A stretch of 38,301 bases of DNA. Source: Promethearchaeia archaeon (GTDB lineage: Archaea; Asgardarchaeota; Lokiarchaeia; Sigyniarchaeales; SOKP01). The DNA lies in assembly GCA_029856145.1 (NCBI GenBank), contig JAHQWK010000013.1:1-38301 (forward strand), written 5' to 3'. The notes beneath the pieces were generated by a model. The model was not told where the DNA came from. It saw only the letters and a program-made list of their open reading frames with translations, and did no database searches. Below are positions 1 to 12,987 of this stretch, one piece after another. The position numbers were made by a program, and so were the translations under genes. Position 1 is the first letter of the stretch. Each line of letters starts with the position of its first letter.

Positions 1-2
1 AA

Positions 3-1187
3 TATAATCAATCTGGTGCACCTATGAATTGGACATTTGGAGAAGAAGGTATATCTAGCTGTGCTAATGCAGTAACATGTGATTCAAATGATAATATCTA
101 CATTCTTGGTACAATTAATAATAACAATGGTGAAAATTATGATTTATTTCTATTAAAATATGATTCTTCATTAAATAAAATTTGGTCTCGTTCTTGGGGT
201 GGTTTTAATGATGTTAGGGGCATAGATATAGCGATAGATTCCTTGGATAATCTCTATATTCTTGGTATTACAAATAATACTGGAAGTGGAGATTATGATT
301 TATTCTTATTAAATTATAGTACTACAGGTGTTCTTTTATGGAATCAAACATGGGGAGGAACCAATAATGATTATGGGGAGAAAATTCTATTAGATTCTTC
401 TGAAGAATTAAATATTTTAGGGTCAACAGAATATAATGGAAATATAAGTACTTTTTTATTAAAATATAATAACTCTGGGGTTTTATTGTGGAATAAGACT
501 TTTTTTGGAAATAGTTATGACCATTTTGCTTTAGATTCATTAGACTATTATTATTTTGCCCAGACAGGAGATTATTTTGAAGATGAGGGAACTGATATTT
601 ATGTAGCAATGTATAATAATTCGGGAAATTTCGAATCGGATTTAATATGGGGAGGAAACCTTACAGATTCATGTGGAGATATTGCAATAGACTCATTTGA
701 CAATATTTATCTAACAGGATGTACAAGACATAACATGATATTAGTTAAAAATCCGGAAGATAAAACTAGTTATTCTCCACCAGGTATTTTCTCATTGAAA
801 GTAAATACAACAGAAATCGGTATTAAAGAAAATTTTAGTTTAATTTGGACAAACTCGAGGAGCGCAGATAACTATTCAATTTATGTTTATGATGATTATT
901 TTCGAGATATTGAAAATCCAGCTATTTTATATGAGGAAGGAATTATAAACAATAATTTCACAATTTCAGAATTATATAATGGAGTTTATTTCTTTCTTGT
1001 AGCAAGCTTTAATAAAAACGGATATACTGTTTCTAATTGTGTGATTATTATTGTAAATACTAAATCAGACACTAGTCAAGGAATTCCAATCGAGTTTTAT
1101 TATTTGCTATCCATTTACATGGGAATTGGCATAGTCTATGTAATAGCGCTTACGATCATTAGTAAAAGAATCTTCAGATCTGACTAA
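3..1187 (+). CDS. Beta-propeller (SBBP-like repeat) surface protein with Fn3/Ig-like domain and C-terminal membrane anchor; 5'-truncated by window edge
   Basis: Repeats of type W-x-x-T/S-WGG...D-I-A-I-D-S-x-D-N-I-Y-I-x-G...LLKYDSS. The frame is open from base 3 (YNQSGAP before the ATG at 24), so the real start is upstream. C-terminal hydrophobic helix plus basic tail (SKRIFRSD). Confidence 0.8.
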   Translation, partial: YNQSGAPMNWTFGEEGISSCANAVTCDSNDNIYILGTINNNNGENYDLFLLKYDSSLNKIWSRSWGGFNDVRGIDIAIDSLDNLYILGITNNTGSGDYDLFLLNYSTTGVLLWNQTWGGTNNDYGEKILLDSSEELNILGSTEYNGNISTFLLKYNNSGVLLWNKTFFGNSYDHFALDSLDYYYFAQTGDYFEDEGTDIYVAMYNNSGNFESDLIWGGNLTDSCGDIAIDSFDNIYLTGCTRHNMILVKNPEDKTSYSPPGIFSLKVNTTEIGIKENFSLIWTNSRSADNYSIYVYDDYFRDIENPAILYEEGIINNNFTISELYNGVYFFLVASFNKNGYTVSNCVIIIVNTKSDTSQGIPIEFYYLLSIYMGIGIVYVIALTIISKRIFRSD

Positions 1188-1202
1188 AAAGAAAATCAGA
1201 AC

Positions 1203-1234
1203 AAGTAGGATAAATAAAGAAATTATCCTAACTT
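1203..1234 (+). terminator. Possible hairpin downstream of the propeller gene
   Basis: TAGGATAA (1206-1213) pairs with TTATCCTA (1223-1230), extended by AAG/CTT across a bulge. Confidence 0.3.
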
Positions 1235-1504
1235 ATTAATTTTAGATTCTTAAATGAGTTCAACTTTCCCTCAACTATTTCACTATTCTCTAGTACCGAA
1301 TCTATAAGATGTAATGATTTTTCACAATTAGGATATTTAAGCAATGGAATAATTTCTTCATATTTTTCATTTACGTCTGAGTTTTAGTAATAATTTTACC
1401 TTTAGACGTTTAATTCTTATTCTAATGATTATTATGTAATAACATTAATACATTTTAAAATCAAATTAAATCAATTATAAAGTATCATATTATAGAAATA
1501 AGTC

Positions 1505-3502
1505 GTGAAAATCATGAGTGATGAGCGAAAAAAGCTATGGGAACCTTCTAAAAACTGGATTAAAAACGCAGAAGCGACTCGCTTTATTGAATTTGTCAAT
1601 AAGGAATATGGACAAAAAATAAAAGGAGGTAAAGATCTGTACAGATGGTCTGTAGAGAAGATTCCAGATTTTTGGGATGCTATGTGGAAATTTTCTAGAA
1701 TAATTGCTTCAAAACCTTACGATAAAGTTGTAGAAGACTTAAATGTATTTCCTGGTACAAAATGGTTCCCTGGTGCAAAACTAAATTTTGCTGAAAATCT
1801 TCTGAAGTATAAAGACGATCAATTAGCTTTTATATTCCAAGGTGAAACAAAAGTATCAAAACAAATGACTTATACAGAATTAAACAAGACAGCAGCTCGT
1901 ATGGCAAAATCTCTTAGAGAAATAGGAATTAAGGTTGGTGATCGAGTTGTATCATATATTCCAAATCTAATTGAAACACCAATAGCAATGCTCGCGACTA
2001 CAGCTATTGGAGCGATTTGGGCTTCTTGTGGAGCTGAACTTCAACCAAGTGCAGTTATTGATAGATTCAGTCAAATTAAACCTAAAGTACTCTTTACTGT
2101 TGACGGATATTATTATAGAAACAAAGTTTTTGACATAAAAGATAATATTAAAGTGGTTGTAGATGCTATTCCTTCAATAGAAAAAATTATTGTTGTTTCT
2201 TATGTTTCTAATGGAAAAACTGATGTTAGTGGTATTCCTAAAGCAGTAAACTGGGAAGATTTTATTTCTAAAGATGAAGATCCACTATTAGAATTTGAGC
2301 AATTACCCTTTGATCACCCAATTTATGTCATGTTCTCTTCTGGTACAACAGGAAAACCAAAATGTATGATACAAAGTGGTGGTGGCGTTCTTATCAATCA
2401 TTTAAAGGAACTAATACTTTCTACAGATTGTAAACGGAGTGATGTTATTAACTATATCACAGCTCCTTCATGGATGATGTGGAACTGGCTAATTGGTGCG
2501 CTAGCTGTTGGAGCAACCATCTTTCTATATGACGGCAACCCACTTTATCCTGATCCTCTTAGGTTTTTTGAGTTAATAGAAAAGCATGAAATAACCATTT
2601 TTGGAACAAGTGCTGCCTACATTCATTATTTAATGGGTCTTGAAGTTAAACCTGCAGAGAAATATGATTTATCTTCATTAAGAGAAATATCACAAACCGC
2701 ATCAACCCTTTCTCCTGAGGGTTTTGAATATGTTTATAGAGAAATTAAGAAGGACCTCTTTTTCAATTCAATAAGTGGGGGTACTGACATTAATGGATGT
2801 TTTGCTGGAGCAATACCTATCCTTCCTGTATATTCTGGCGAACTACAAGGTCGTGCTTTAGCAATGAAAGTGGAGGCTTACACCGATAAAGGTGAACCAA
2901 TTGAGGATGAACAAGCAGAACTTATATGTGAAGCACCAGTACCTTCCATGCCTGTGTATTTTTGGGGTGATGATGATAACATGACAAAATATAAAGCTGC
3001 GTATTTCGATCACTTCAAAGATGCTGGTAAAAATGTATGGAGACATGGGGATTATATTGTCGTACATAGTGATACAGGCGGAATTACATTCTGGGGACGA
3101 TCTGATGCTGTTTTAAAACCCTCTGGTGTTAGAATTGGGACCGCAGAAATCTACAATGTTGTAGAACAATTGCCTGAAATTGCTGATTCTTTAGTTATAG
3201 GTCAAAAATGGGAAGGTGATACTCGCATTGTCATGTTTGTACTTTTGAATAAGGGATATGAATTAAACGATGAATTAAAAACAAAGATACGACAAACACT
3301 AAGAGAAAAAACTTCTCCTAGACATGTTCCAAAACTAATCTATGCAGCTCCGGAAGATGGTATTCCTTATACCTTCAGCAACAAAAAAGTCGAGATTGCA
3401 GTCACCAAAATCATCCACGGTATGCCTGTTGCGAATAGAGGGGCATTACGGAATCCAACCTCATTGGATTTCTACACTGAGATGAAGGAAAAGCTTCATT
3501 AA
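1505..3502 (+). CDS. Acetoacetate-CoA ligase (AMP-forming acyl-CoA synthetase, AACS family); likely ATG start at 1514
   Basis: P-loop FSSGTTGKPK, WFPGAKLNFAENLL, SISGGTDI, GRSDAVLKPSGVRIGTAEIY, SPRHVP and terminal KKVE are typical of the acetoacetate-CoA ligase clade. Confidence 0.9.
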   Translation: MKIMSDERKKLWEPSKNWIKNAEATRFIEFVNKEYGQKIKGGKDLYRWSVEKIPDFWDAMWKFSRIIASKPYDKVVEDLNVFPGTKWFPGAKLNFAENLLKYKDDQLAFIFQGETKVSKQMTYTELNKTAARMAKSLREIGIKVGDRVVSYIPNLIETPIAMLATTAIGAIWASCGAELQPSAVIDRFSQIKPKVLFTVDGYYYRNKVFDIKDNIKVVVDAIPSIEKIIVVSYVSNGKTDVSGIPKAVNWEDFISKDEDPLLEFEQLPFDHPIYVMFSSGTTGKPKCMIQSGGGVLINHLKELILSTDCKRSDVINYITAPSWMMWNWLIGALAVGATIFLYDGNPLYPDPLRFFELIEKHEITIFGTSAAYIHYLMGLEVKPAEKYDLSSLREISQTASTLSPEGFEYVYREIKKDLFFNSISGGTDINGCFAGAIPILPVYSGELQGRALAMKVEAYTDKGEPIEDEQAELICEAPVPSMPVYFWGDDDNMTKYKAAYFDHFKDAGKNVWRHGDYIVVHSDTGGITFWGRSDAVLKPSGVRIGTAEIYNVVEQLPEIADSLVIGQKWEGDTRIVMFVLLNKGYELNDELKTKIRQTLREKTSPRHVPKLIYAAPEDGIPYTFSNKKVEIAVTKIIHGMPVANRGALRNPTSLDFYTEMKEKLH

Positions 3503-3507
3503 TTAAA

Positions 3508-3530
3508 TTTTTTCTTTTTTCTTTTTCTTT
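3508..3530 (+). terminator. T-rich tract, archaeal intrinsic terminator candidate
   Basis: TTTTTTCTTTTTTCTTTTTCTTT just after the stop codon. Confidence 0.55.
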
Positions 3531-3615
3531 AAGAGTAAAACATAACTCTTTTATCAAAATTATCATTTATTCCAATGTGTATATCCTTATATAGTAGAAT
3601 GAGAGGTGTAAAATA

Positions 3616-4059
3616 ATGGATCAATTTGATTGGATTTTTATAATTTCGAGCTTAGTTTTCTTCTCGTCTATAATTTGTGTATTTATATTAACGGCTAATA
3701 ACAAGGAAGATAAAGTGAAAGTATTTGGAATTATTCTTTTCATCATGATTTTTCCTCTTATCTTAGTGCTGGTTAATTATATCATTGTGGGAAGAGATGT
3801 GAGATTTATAATCTTTCTAAGTTTAATCCTCATTTATCTAATGTTAGAATTTTTGCTTGACCAGGTTTTCAAGATAGATTTTCGTTCGAAAACAAGCCGA
3901 CATGTTCCTTTTATCATCATCGAGTGGGCAGCTTGCTTTTCATTCTTGTTTGGTACCCTTAGACTCGATAATACTTGGGGATGGATTGTATCTTTCTTCT
4001 TCTTTGCATTTATAGTTGTCTTGATATACAACATAGTTAAGCGAAAAAGAAAGAAATAG
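3616..4059 (+). CDS. Hypothetical integral membrane protein (~5 TM)
   Basis: Hydrophobic segments, basic C-tail and a good SD (GAGGTG) upstream of the ATG. Confidence 0.75.
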   Translation: MDQFDWIFIISSLVFFSSIICVFILTANNKEDKVKVFGIILFIMIFPLILVLVNYIIVGRDVRFIIFLSLILIYLMLEFLLDQVFKIDFRSKTSRHVPFIIIEWAACFSFLFGTLRLDNTWGWIVSFFFFAFIVVLIYNIVKRKRKK

Positions 4060-4314
4060 AATAAACAAATTCTCTTTACACTTACTTTCTAACAATATAT
4101 TTTAGAAATTATTAGTTAAAATTATAATTACTATTTAAACAGCAATCATTTCAATTCCTAACCCTTTTGCGATTCTCTCGCCATATTCTGAGTCAGCTTT
4201 ATAAAAGTAATTTTTATAAGATAAAAGCATAATCTTTTTTAAAAATACTATGACTAACTAATAATAGTTATTATTTAGGAATCTTTCTGAAAATCTGATT
4301 TAGATTTTCTTTAA

Positions 4315-6585
<2,271 letters not shown>

Positions 6586-6587
6586 AT

Positions 6588-6610
6588 TTTCTATTTTTTT
6601 TTTAATTTTT
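6588..6610 (+). terminator. T-rich tract after katG
   Basis: TTTTTCTATTTTTTTTTAATTTTT-type run directly after the TAA. Confidence 0.45.
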
Positions 6611-6688
6611 ACTAATTGAATATATTTGACTAATATTAATCATGCTAAACAAGGAATAAATATTAAAAAAAATTATTATAAAAATTAA

Positions 6689-7111
6689 ATGAAAATGATG
6701 GATGATCAAGAAATAATAGAACTTTTTAAGAAGAATCAATTCAAAGTTACCACTCAACGAATAGCAATCTATAAGTTCGTATTTTCCCGAGGAGATCATC
6801 CATCTACTGATCAGATTTACCAAGTATTAAAAAAAGATTATCCTGCATTAAGTTTAGGTACTGTTTATAAAACTCTTGATTTATTAGAAAAGCTTGGTCT
6901 ACTACAAAAATTGAGATTTAATGAAGATCGTGTTAGATACGATCCTGATATGGAGCTACACATAAATATGGTTTGTTCAATATGTGGACAAATTTATGAT
7001 TATAAAGCCGAAAACATTAAACAATTATGGAATGTTATCATTTCTGATATTGGAGTTAAGCCTATGGGACAACGTATTGATTTGTATTATGAATGTAATG
7101 ATTGTAGATAA
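6689..7111 (+). CDS. Fur-family transcriptional regulator, PerR-like
   Basis: KVTTQRIAI, DHPS, SLGTVYKTLDLL, RYD and two CxxC motifs (CSIC, CNDC). Adjacent to katG. Confidence 0.9.
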   Translation: MKMMDDQEIIELFKKNQFKVTTQRIAIYKFVFSRGDHPSTDQIYQVLKKDYPALSLGTVYKTLDLLEKLGLLQKLRFNEDRVRYDPDMELHINMVCSICGQIYDYKAENIKQLWNVIISDIGVKPMGQRIDLYYECNDCR

Positions 7112-7138
7112 AGTAATTAGCAAATTTGCAAAAACAAA

Positions 7139-7513
7139 ATGATGAAAAAGATTAAAAAACGTTTAATATTTATTGGAGGCTTTATATCACTTATTCTTGG
7201 AATAATAGGTCTTGTTATACCTATCCTTCCTACAACACCTTTTTTGCTGCTTGCTTCTGCAGCTTTTGCTAAATCATCAGAAAGATTTAACAATTGGCTT
7301 TTAAACAACAAAATACTTGGAGCATATATTAAGAATTATCGAGAAGGTAAAGGCTTACCATTGAAAATAAAAGCTATTACATTATCACTTTTATGGATAA
7401 CGATAATAATTTCGATTATTTTTTTAATGCATTTATTTTGGGTACAAGTTGTGTTAATATGCATCGCTATAGTCGTTTCTATCCATATTATTTTAATTAA
7501 ACCAAAAATATAG
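7139..7513 (+). CDS. ybaN: YbaN/DUF454-family membrane protein
   Basis: Signature LGIIGLVIPILPTTPFLLLASAAFAKSSERF..WLL...LG.YI.NY. Confidence 0.9.
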   Translation: MMKKIKKRLIFIGGFISLILGIIGLVIPILPTTPFLLLASAAFAKSSERFNNWLLNNKILGAYIKNYREGKGLPLKIKAITLSLLWITIIISIIFLMHLFWVQVVLICIAIVVSIHIILIKPKI

Positions 7514-7825
7514 AAATTACTTGACATAATTAACTTTTACCCGAAGGATGAAGTGTTCAAATACATTTCCATAATTTAGGTTTACGTGTTCGGATTTCTC
7601 ATATGCTCACACAATAGAATCTTTGATTAATTATCGGTTACAAACTTATTACTTATGGATAAATGATTTTATACATAAAAAAAAATAATAAAAAGATCCC
7701 AATGACACCATGAGAATTCCAATATCGAGAGGTAGGAATGGTATATAGCTAAAATTAATAATTTAATAAATATAATTATCCTATTATACTATTATTGAAT
7801 CATCTATTTTCTGAATAATATAAAA

Positions 7826-8824
7826 GTGTATTTTTATTGGGCGATTATTGCTCCAATTTTACCGGGTTTAGCAATATTTTTAGGTGCAGCTTTAATTAAG
7901 GAGAAGAAAAGAGTTGGACTAGTATTTTTAGGAATTTTATGTGTTTTTAACATATATATTTCTTTTAACCTTATTAATATATTTCGAAGAGATTATAATG
8001 GGGACTTTTCCATATTTCCGTTAAGTAATTATCTAGCCTACATAATAATAATAAATGTTGTATTTCTATCAGTTTCCCTATTACTCCTTATGAAGTTAGA
8101 TTCATTTAAAGAAAATCGCTTAATACTTGGTGTTCAGTCTTTTTTCTATAAAATAAAAGACAATATATTTTTGCTCGAGAAAACTACTGATAAACTTCTA
8201 GCAATTTTCTTACTTTTTTGTCTCTTTTATATAATTGGTATTTTAAATCTTTATATCCATGAATTTGGTCATGCTATGGCAGATATTATTTTTGGAACTT
8301 ATTATAATGAAATTAGAATCAATTTTTTTCTTCAAGGATGGACGTCTGGAGGAGGAATCCTTGCAACAGATGAATTTCATACTCAAAAAGTAACGGGAAT
8401 TTTACTTGGAGGATTATTTTCAGAATGTATATTTACATTATTCTCGCTAATTATTATCTTATGGAAAAAAGAAAAGAAAAATTTCACGTGGCTTTTATCG
8501 ATTGTAATTTCAATGCTATTTTTAAATCGAGTTGCACTTTATTTCACATTTCCTCAACTGCTTAATATAAGAAGTGATGTATTAGGATTAGTAAGCTTAG
8601 GATATGATCCTAGGGATCTTTTCTACATTTTCTTTCCTTTTTTGATCATAACTATTGTTATCACCTCCAAGTTAATATCAAAATTATATAAAACTAGTTT
8701 AAACAGAAATAAATTGTTCCTAGGAATATATTTCATCAGCTTAACGTTGTATATTGTTGTTTTAGTCATTTTGAGTGTAATTAATGAATTCGTAATTCCA
8801 CTAGAATCATTGAGTTTTTACTGA
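7826..8824 (+). CDS. Multi-pass membrane protein with HExxH motif (M50-like zinc metalloprotease); start uncertain
   Basis: LYIHEFGHAMA at the end of a TM helix, downstream LLGG and a later SD Asp candidate. GTG start without a clear SD. Confidence 0.6.
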   Translation: MYFYWAIIAPILPGLAIFLGAALIKEKKRVGLVFLGILCVFNIYISFNLINIFRRDYNGDFSIFPLSNYLAYIIIINVVFLSVSLLLLMKLDSFKENRLILGVQSFFYKIKDNIFLLEKTTDKLLAIFLLFCLFYIIGILNLYIHEFGHAMADIIFGTYYNEIRINFFLQGWTSGGGILATDEFHTQKVTGILLGGLFSECIFTLFSLIIILWKKEKKNFTWLLSIVISMLFLNRVALYFTFPQLLNIRSDVLGLVSLGYDPRDLFYIFFPFLIITIVITSKLISKLYKTSLNRNKLFLGIYFISLTLYIVVLVILSVINEFVIPLESLSFY

Positions 8825-8874
8825 AGAATTAATTTTTCCTATTCTTTTTATTTTCTTTTTTTCCCTTTTCTCAT

Positions 8875-10146
8875 TTAATAATAAGTATCTGGATATGAGT
8901 TTTCTTTAGGAAATAAAACATTAATTATTTCACGTGATTCACGTTTTATCATAGCATCTTTTATAATATGATTTATCTCTTCAAAACTCCTGTCCCCTAA
9001 GATTAATTTGAATAAGATTGATCCAGGTATTTGAAGATCACACGATCCTTCCTTCGGATATCCTTTTGCCATTTTAATAGTAGAGATGTGCCCATTATTA
9101 AAAGATATTATAATAGTTTTTTTGTAATTACTTATTCTTAAGTCTTGTGTTAAACCCTGAAAATTTGAATTATAAATTCTATTTTCTAATATTTGTTTTA
9201 TTTTTTCTAAATATAGTTTTAAATTTGGAATCTTTACTTGCCAACCATAAGTGTAATACGTTGTTCCTCCAAGTTCACCAATAAGTTCAGCTAAATCTGT
9301 ATCCTCCCTAACAGCTAAGTCAATTTGATCTGGATTTTCAATACTTGTGATTTCTTTAGTAAATTGAAGTATTTTTATTCCATATTCGCGATTAATATGT
9401 GAAGTTTTAAGATCATATGCTAAATTATCATAAGATTTTCCGAACGTAAAATAAGCTATAGATTTTCCACCCATCTCAATTAAATATGTTGAAGCTTTAA
9501 ATTCATTGTATTTATCATTAATGAATTTAGAGATATAGCAATCTTTATCAAATAAGTTTGAGATAAAGAAATCTTCGTAATATTGGTTATATTTGTTAGC
9601 AATTAGATCTATATCATTTAAGTGTGCTTTCCTAATGTTTAAAAATTCCAAGTCATCTGAGGGAATCTTTGATGGTGATAAAACCATTCTATGATCAAGA
9701 GGTATAGCAAATTCATAACCTAATTTTCGATAATAATAAGGGATACCTCTTATGACAGAAACAATATATCCTTTTTCTGCCATGATGTGTTCATAAAGTT
9801 CATTTAACTCAACAATTAATTCTTTCCCACGATATTTTTCTAATGTTCCAACAAATCCCATCTCGCAAACTGGAATGTTAATACTCCCAACTCTCCATTC
9901 TAAAGGAAATAAACTAATGTTTGATACAATTTCATTTGAATTAGAATCCTTAATATATAAAAATAGTAAATCTTCTTTCCTTGGATGGTTTAAAAATATT
10001 TGCTTTACATATTCTCTTACTGATTCACCATGTACTTTAACATTTAATTCCAAAATTTGTTGAAATTCTTCCTTCTTACTATTATCAGCAATATGAATCG
10101 AAAATTGTTGATTTAATTTCCTCTTATATCCTTTCGCAAGTCCCAT
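8875..10146 (-). CDS. GNAT acetyltransferase, Eis-like architecture
   Basis: MGFVGTLEKYRGKEL (acetyl-CoA motif A), GIPYYYRKLGYEFA and a C-terminal SCP2-like region (CDLQIP..ILFKLILGDRS). Confidence 0.8.
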   Translation of the reverse strand: MGLAKGYKRKLNQQFSIHIADNSKKEEFQQILELNVKVHGESVREYVKQIFLNHPRKEDLLFLYIKDSNSNEIVSNISLFPLEWRVGSINIPVCEMGFVGTLEKYRGKELIVELNELYEHIMAEKGYIVSVIRGIPYYYRKLGYEFAIPLDHRMVLSPSKIPSDDLEFLNIRKAHLNDIDLIANKYNQYYEDFFISNLFDKDCYISKFINDKYNEFKASTYLIEMGGKSIAYFTFGKSYDNLAYDLKTSHINREYGIKILQFTKEITSIENPDQIDLAVREDTDLAELIGELGGTTYYTYGWQVKIPNLKLYLEKIKQILENRIYNSNFQGLTQDLRISNYKKTIIISFNNGHISTIKMAKGYPKEGSCDLQIPGSILFKLILGDRSFEEINHIIKDAMIKRESREIINVLFPKENSYPDTYY

Positions 10147-10322
10147 TTCAGGTTTGTAAATGATATCATATTTAGAAACTTTATTGAATTATACATTGAT
10201 TAAAAATTAAAAATAAAAAAAAAGGATAAGATTCGATAACAATCGCAAAAACAGATTTTTACTAATTATTATTTATTTCTTATATTTTATTGCTTTTTGT
10301 AGATTTATAAACATTCATACCA

Positions 10323-10595
10323 TTAAAAGCGGAAATTTCCTCTTCTGCCTCTATTATATGGATTAGGAGGAGCTTTCTCGGTTACTACAACATTACTAGC
10401 TTGTGGTCCTTTTTGACCATCGACTACTTCAAATTCTACTTTATCGTTTTCATTTAATGTCTTGTATTCGTCATCTCTACCGGATAATGCAGTATAATGA
10501 ACAAACACATCGCTTCCTTCTTCAGAACTTATAAATCCGAAGCCCTTACGGCTATTAAACCATTTTACTGTTCCTTTTACCAATTTTAAAACCAA
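10323..10595 (-). CDS. Cold-shock domain protein with Arg/Gly-rich C-tail; possible start at TTG 10583
   Basis: [11 protein letters not shown]1 KGFGFI, RNP2 [22 protein letters not shown]. Confidence 0.95.
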   Translation of the reverse strand: MVLKLVKGTVKWFNSRKGFGFISSEEGSDVFVHYTALSGRDDEYKTLNENDKVEFEVVDGQKGPQASNVVVTEKAPPNPYNRGRRGNFRF

Positions 10596-10606
10596 TTTTT
10601 TAATTC

Positions 10607-10614
10607 TATATAAA
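10607..10614 (-). promoter_or_regulatory. TATA-box candidate for the cold-shock gene
   Basis: TTTATATA on the minus strand, ending 24 nt before TTG 10583. A second TTTATATA lies at 10725-10732. Confidence 0.4.
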
Positions 10615-10801
10615 AATTCTTTATTTCTAAAGAACTGATTTTAAAAAAGAATTCAAAGATAATAAATTTTGACTTTTTTGGGACATCTGGAGAATTATTT
10701 TCACAAAATTTGTACTTCTTTTTGTATATAAAGTTATTATAAAAGATAAGGGGTATAAACGTATCAATATTCGACGTCATGGATTTTTAGCCTATTAAAG
10801 T

Positions 10802-12772
10802 TTAAATTAATGGTAATGAGACATAAAACATAGAACCTTTATTTCTCCCATCAGATTCAACCCAAATATCTCCACCGTGTAATTCAATAATCTTTTTAGA
10901 TATGAACAATCCTAAACCCGAACCCTCGGCAATGATATCCATTCCTTGACCATACCTCTCAATTTTTCCGAACTGTTTAAATATTCTGGTTTTTTCTTCT
11001 TCTGTAAAACCAATTCCATTATCTTTTATTGAAAGAATTATGAAACCATCTTTAATATCAGATTTAATCTCTATTATACCACTTGGAGGTGTATATTTGA
11101 TTGCGTTATTTAAAAGATTACCAATTACTTGATGAATTTGCTCTTTTTCAAACTGAGTTATTAACTTCTCATGTAATTCTAAATTAATTGTATGGTTTCT
11201 CAATTTTAAGAATCCTTTAATTTCATTTACACATAGCCTAACCAAAAAAGATAGATCTTCTTCTGATTTATGCATTTGGATTGCACCAGATTCTAATTCA
11301 GCAGTTTTCAAAATGTCACCAATAAGAGTTTCAAGACGTAAGCAACCGTGTTTTATTTCATTTAGTGTGGATATTACTAAGGCGTCAAGTTTATCTCTAT
11401 GCACTTCTAATAAGAGTTCAGAAAAACCTTTAATAGAGACTAAGGGTGTTTTTAACTCATGCGATGTTCTTCTGAGTAATTCAGATTTCAACTGATTTAA
11501 TTTACTTAACTCTTGTTGCGCACTTATCCGTTCCGTAATGTCAATAAAAGCTAAAAAATCAGCGACTTTCCCTTCATACATTATAGTTTTAGTAAAATTC
11601 TCAATCCAGATAATTTCGCCTGATTTTGTTATACCTCGAAATTGGTAGTTTTCTAAATAATCTTCTGAACCAGCTTGTTTTTTCTTTACTTGGTCGAAAA
11701 CAAACTCTTTATCTTCCTGGTGAACAGTTATCATAAATTCTTTAGGTGACCAACTTAACATATCCTCTACTGTATATCCAAAAATATCTGCAAACTTTTT
11801 ATTGACATATTTTACTATATTGTCTTCTACAATTCCAATTCCTATCAATGATTGTTCGGAAATATTTCTGAATTTTTCTTCAGATTCTCTTAATTTTTGC
11901 TCTATCTTTTTTTTTTCTGTTATATCTCGCCCAATAGCAATAATATATTTGAGATTTCCATCATCATCTATGATACTTGAACCTAAATATTCAAAGGGGA
12001 TGGGTCTTCCATCTTTTGTGATCAAATTCATTTCGATAAGCGCTTCTCCTTCCTCTATTATTTTTTCTACTGCTATTACTGCCTGTTTTAAATCGTTTTC
12101 ATCATAATATGAATCTGGGGTTTTCATTGTGGAAATTTCTTCATCGCTATAACCTGAAATATCTTTAAATGCCTGATTCCATCTTATTGCTTTGCCTGTA
12201 GAAGGTTCAAAAATAAAAAAAGTGTCTCTTTGTGCGTTAATTGCATTCTCAGTGAATTTTTTTTCTTTGAGAAACATATTTTCGATTTTCTTACGGTCAG
12301 TGATATCTACAACAACTTCTACTGCTTTATCGATTGAGCCATCAGGATTAGGGAATGGTGCTGAAATCAATTCATAGTAATTTCCATCGATTCCTCTTAG
12401 CTCAGTACGCTCAACCCTATTATATTTTAAAGCTTTTTCCATAGGACAAAAGCTACATGGCTCATCCAAACCCATATATTCATTATAACAGTTTTTGTCT
12501 CTGCAATCTCCGAATCTTTCTTTTAAGACTTGATTCTGAAATAACACTCTATAATCTTTGGTAACAATATCTATACCAATTCCAACATTTGTTAAACCAT
12601 TAATTAGAGAGTAATATTTTTCTTCTAACTCGTTAATCTGTTTAGTGTTTTCATCAACTTTGTTTTCTAATAATAAGATGATCTCTTGAAAATCATCTTC
12701 TGGATTCTTTAATAACTTCTTTAATTTATCACATTCAGATAAAGAGAAAACATTTGATGCTAAATTAAACAT
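10802..12772 (-). CDS. Soluble PAS sensor histidine kinase (3 PAS + HisKA + HATPase)
   Basis: H-box RRTSHELKTPL, N-box NLLNNAIKYT, G1 DNGIG, G2 GSGLGL. No TM segment. Confidence 0.93.
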   Translation of the reverse strand: MFNLASNVFSLSECDKLKKLLKNPEDDFQEIILLLENKVDENTKQINELEEKYYSLINGLTNVGIGIDIVTKDYRVLFQNQVLKERFGDCRDKNCYNEYMGLDEPCSFCPMEKALKYNRVERTELRGIDGNYYELISAPFPNPDGSIDKAVEVVVDITDRKKIENMFLKEKKFTENAINAQRDTFFIFEPSTGKAIRWNQAFKDISGYSDEEISTMKTPDSYYDENDLKQAVIAVEKIIEEGEALIEMNLITKDGRPIPFEYLGSSIIDDDGNLKYIIAIGRDITEKKKIEQKLRESEEKFRNISEQSLIGIGIVEDNIVKYVNKKFADIFGYTVEDMLSWSPKEFMITVHQEDKEFVFDQVKKKQAGSEDYLENYQFRGITKSGEIIWIENFTKTIMYEGKVADFLAFIDITERISAQQELSKLNQLKSELLRRTSHELKTPLVSIKGFSELLLEVHRDKLDALVISTLNEIKHGCLRLETLIGDILKTAELESGAIQMHKSEEDLSFLVRLCVNEIKGFLKLRNHTINLELHEKLITQFEKEQIHQVIGNLLNNAIKYTPPSGIIEIKSDIKDGFIILSIKDNGIGFTEEEKTRIFKQFGKIERYGQGMDIIAEGSGLGLFISKKIIELHGGDIWVESDGRNKGSMFYVSLPLI

Positions 12773-12987
12773 AATATATTCACATTAAAGCAGTAAGATT
12801 TGATAAATAATGAAAAATTTATCGTATTGATAATAAATGAAATTATTTTTAAAGATTAGTAATTAAATATTAGAAAATAGAATGGAACTACTTTTAAATT
12901 TTTATGACCATATCTGAATTTAGTCAAAGTTCTAAAATAACTCCCGAGTTAAATTTATTGCTCCTATGTTTTGTTAAAGAAGAGTAT

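Noticed and set aside
12882-12898. ATGGAACTAC resembling one half-site of the repeated element
   Set aside because: Single short match with no second repeat or core. Likely chance.
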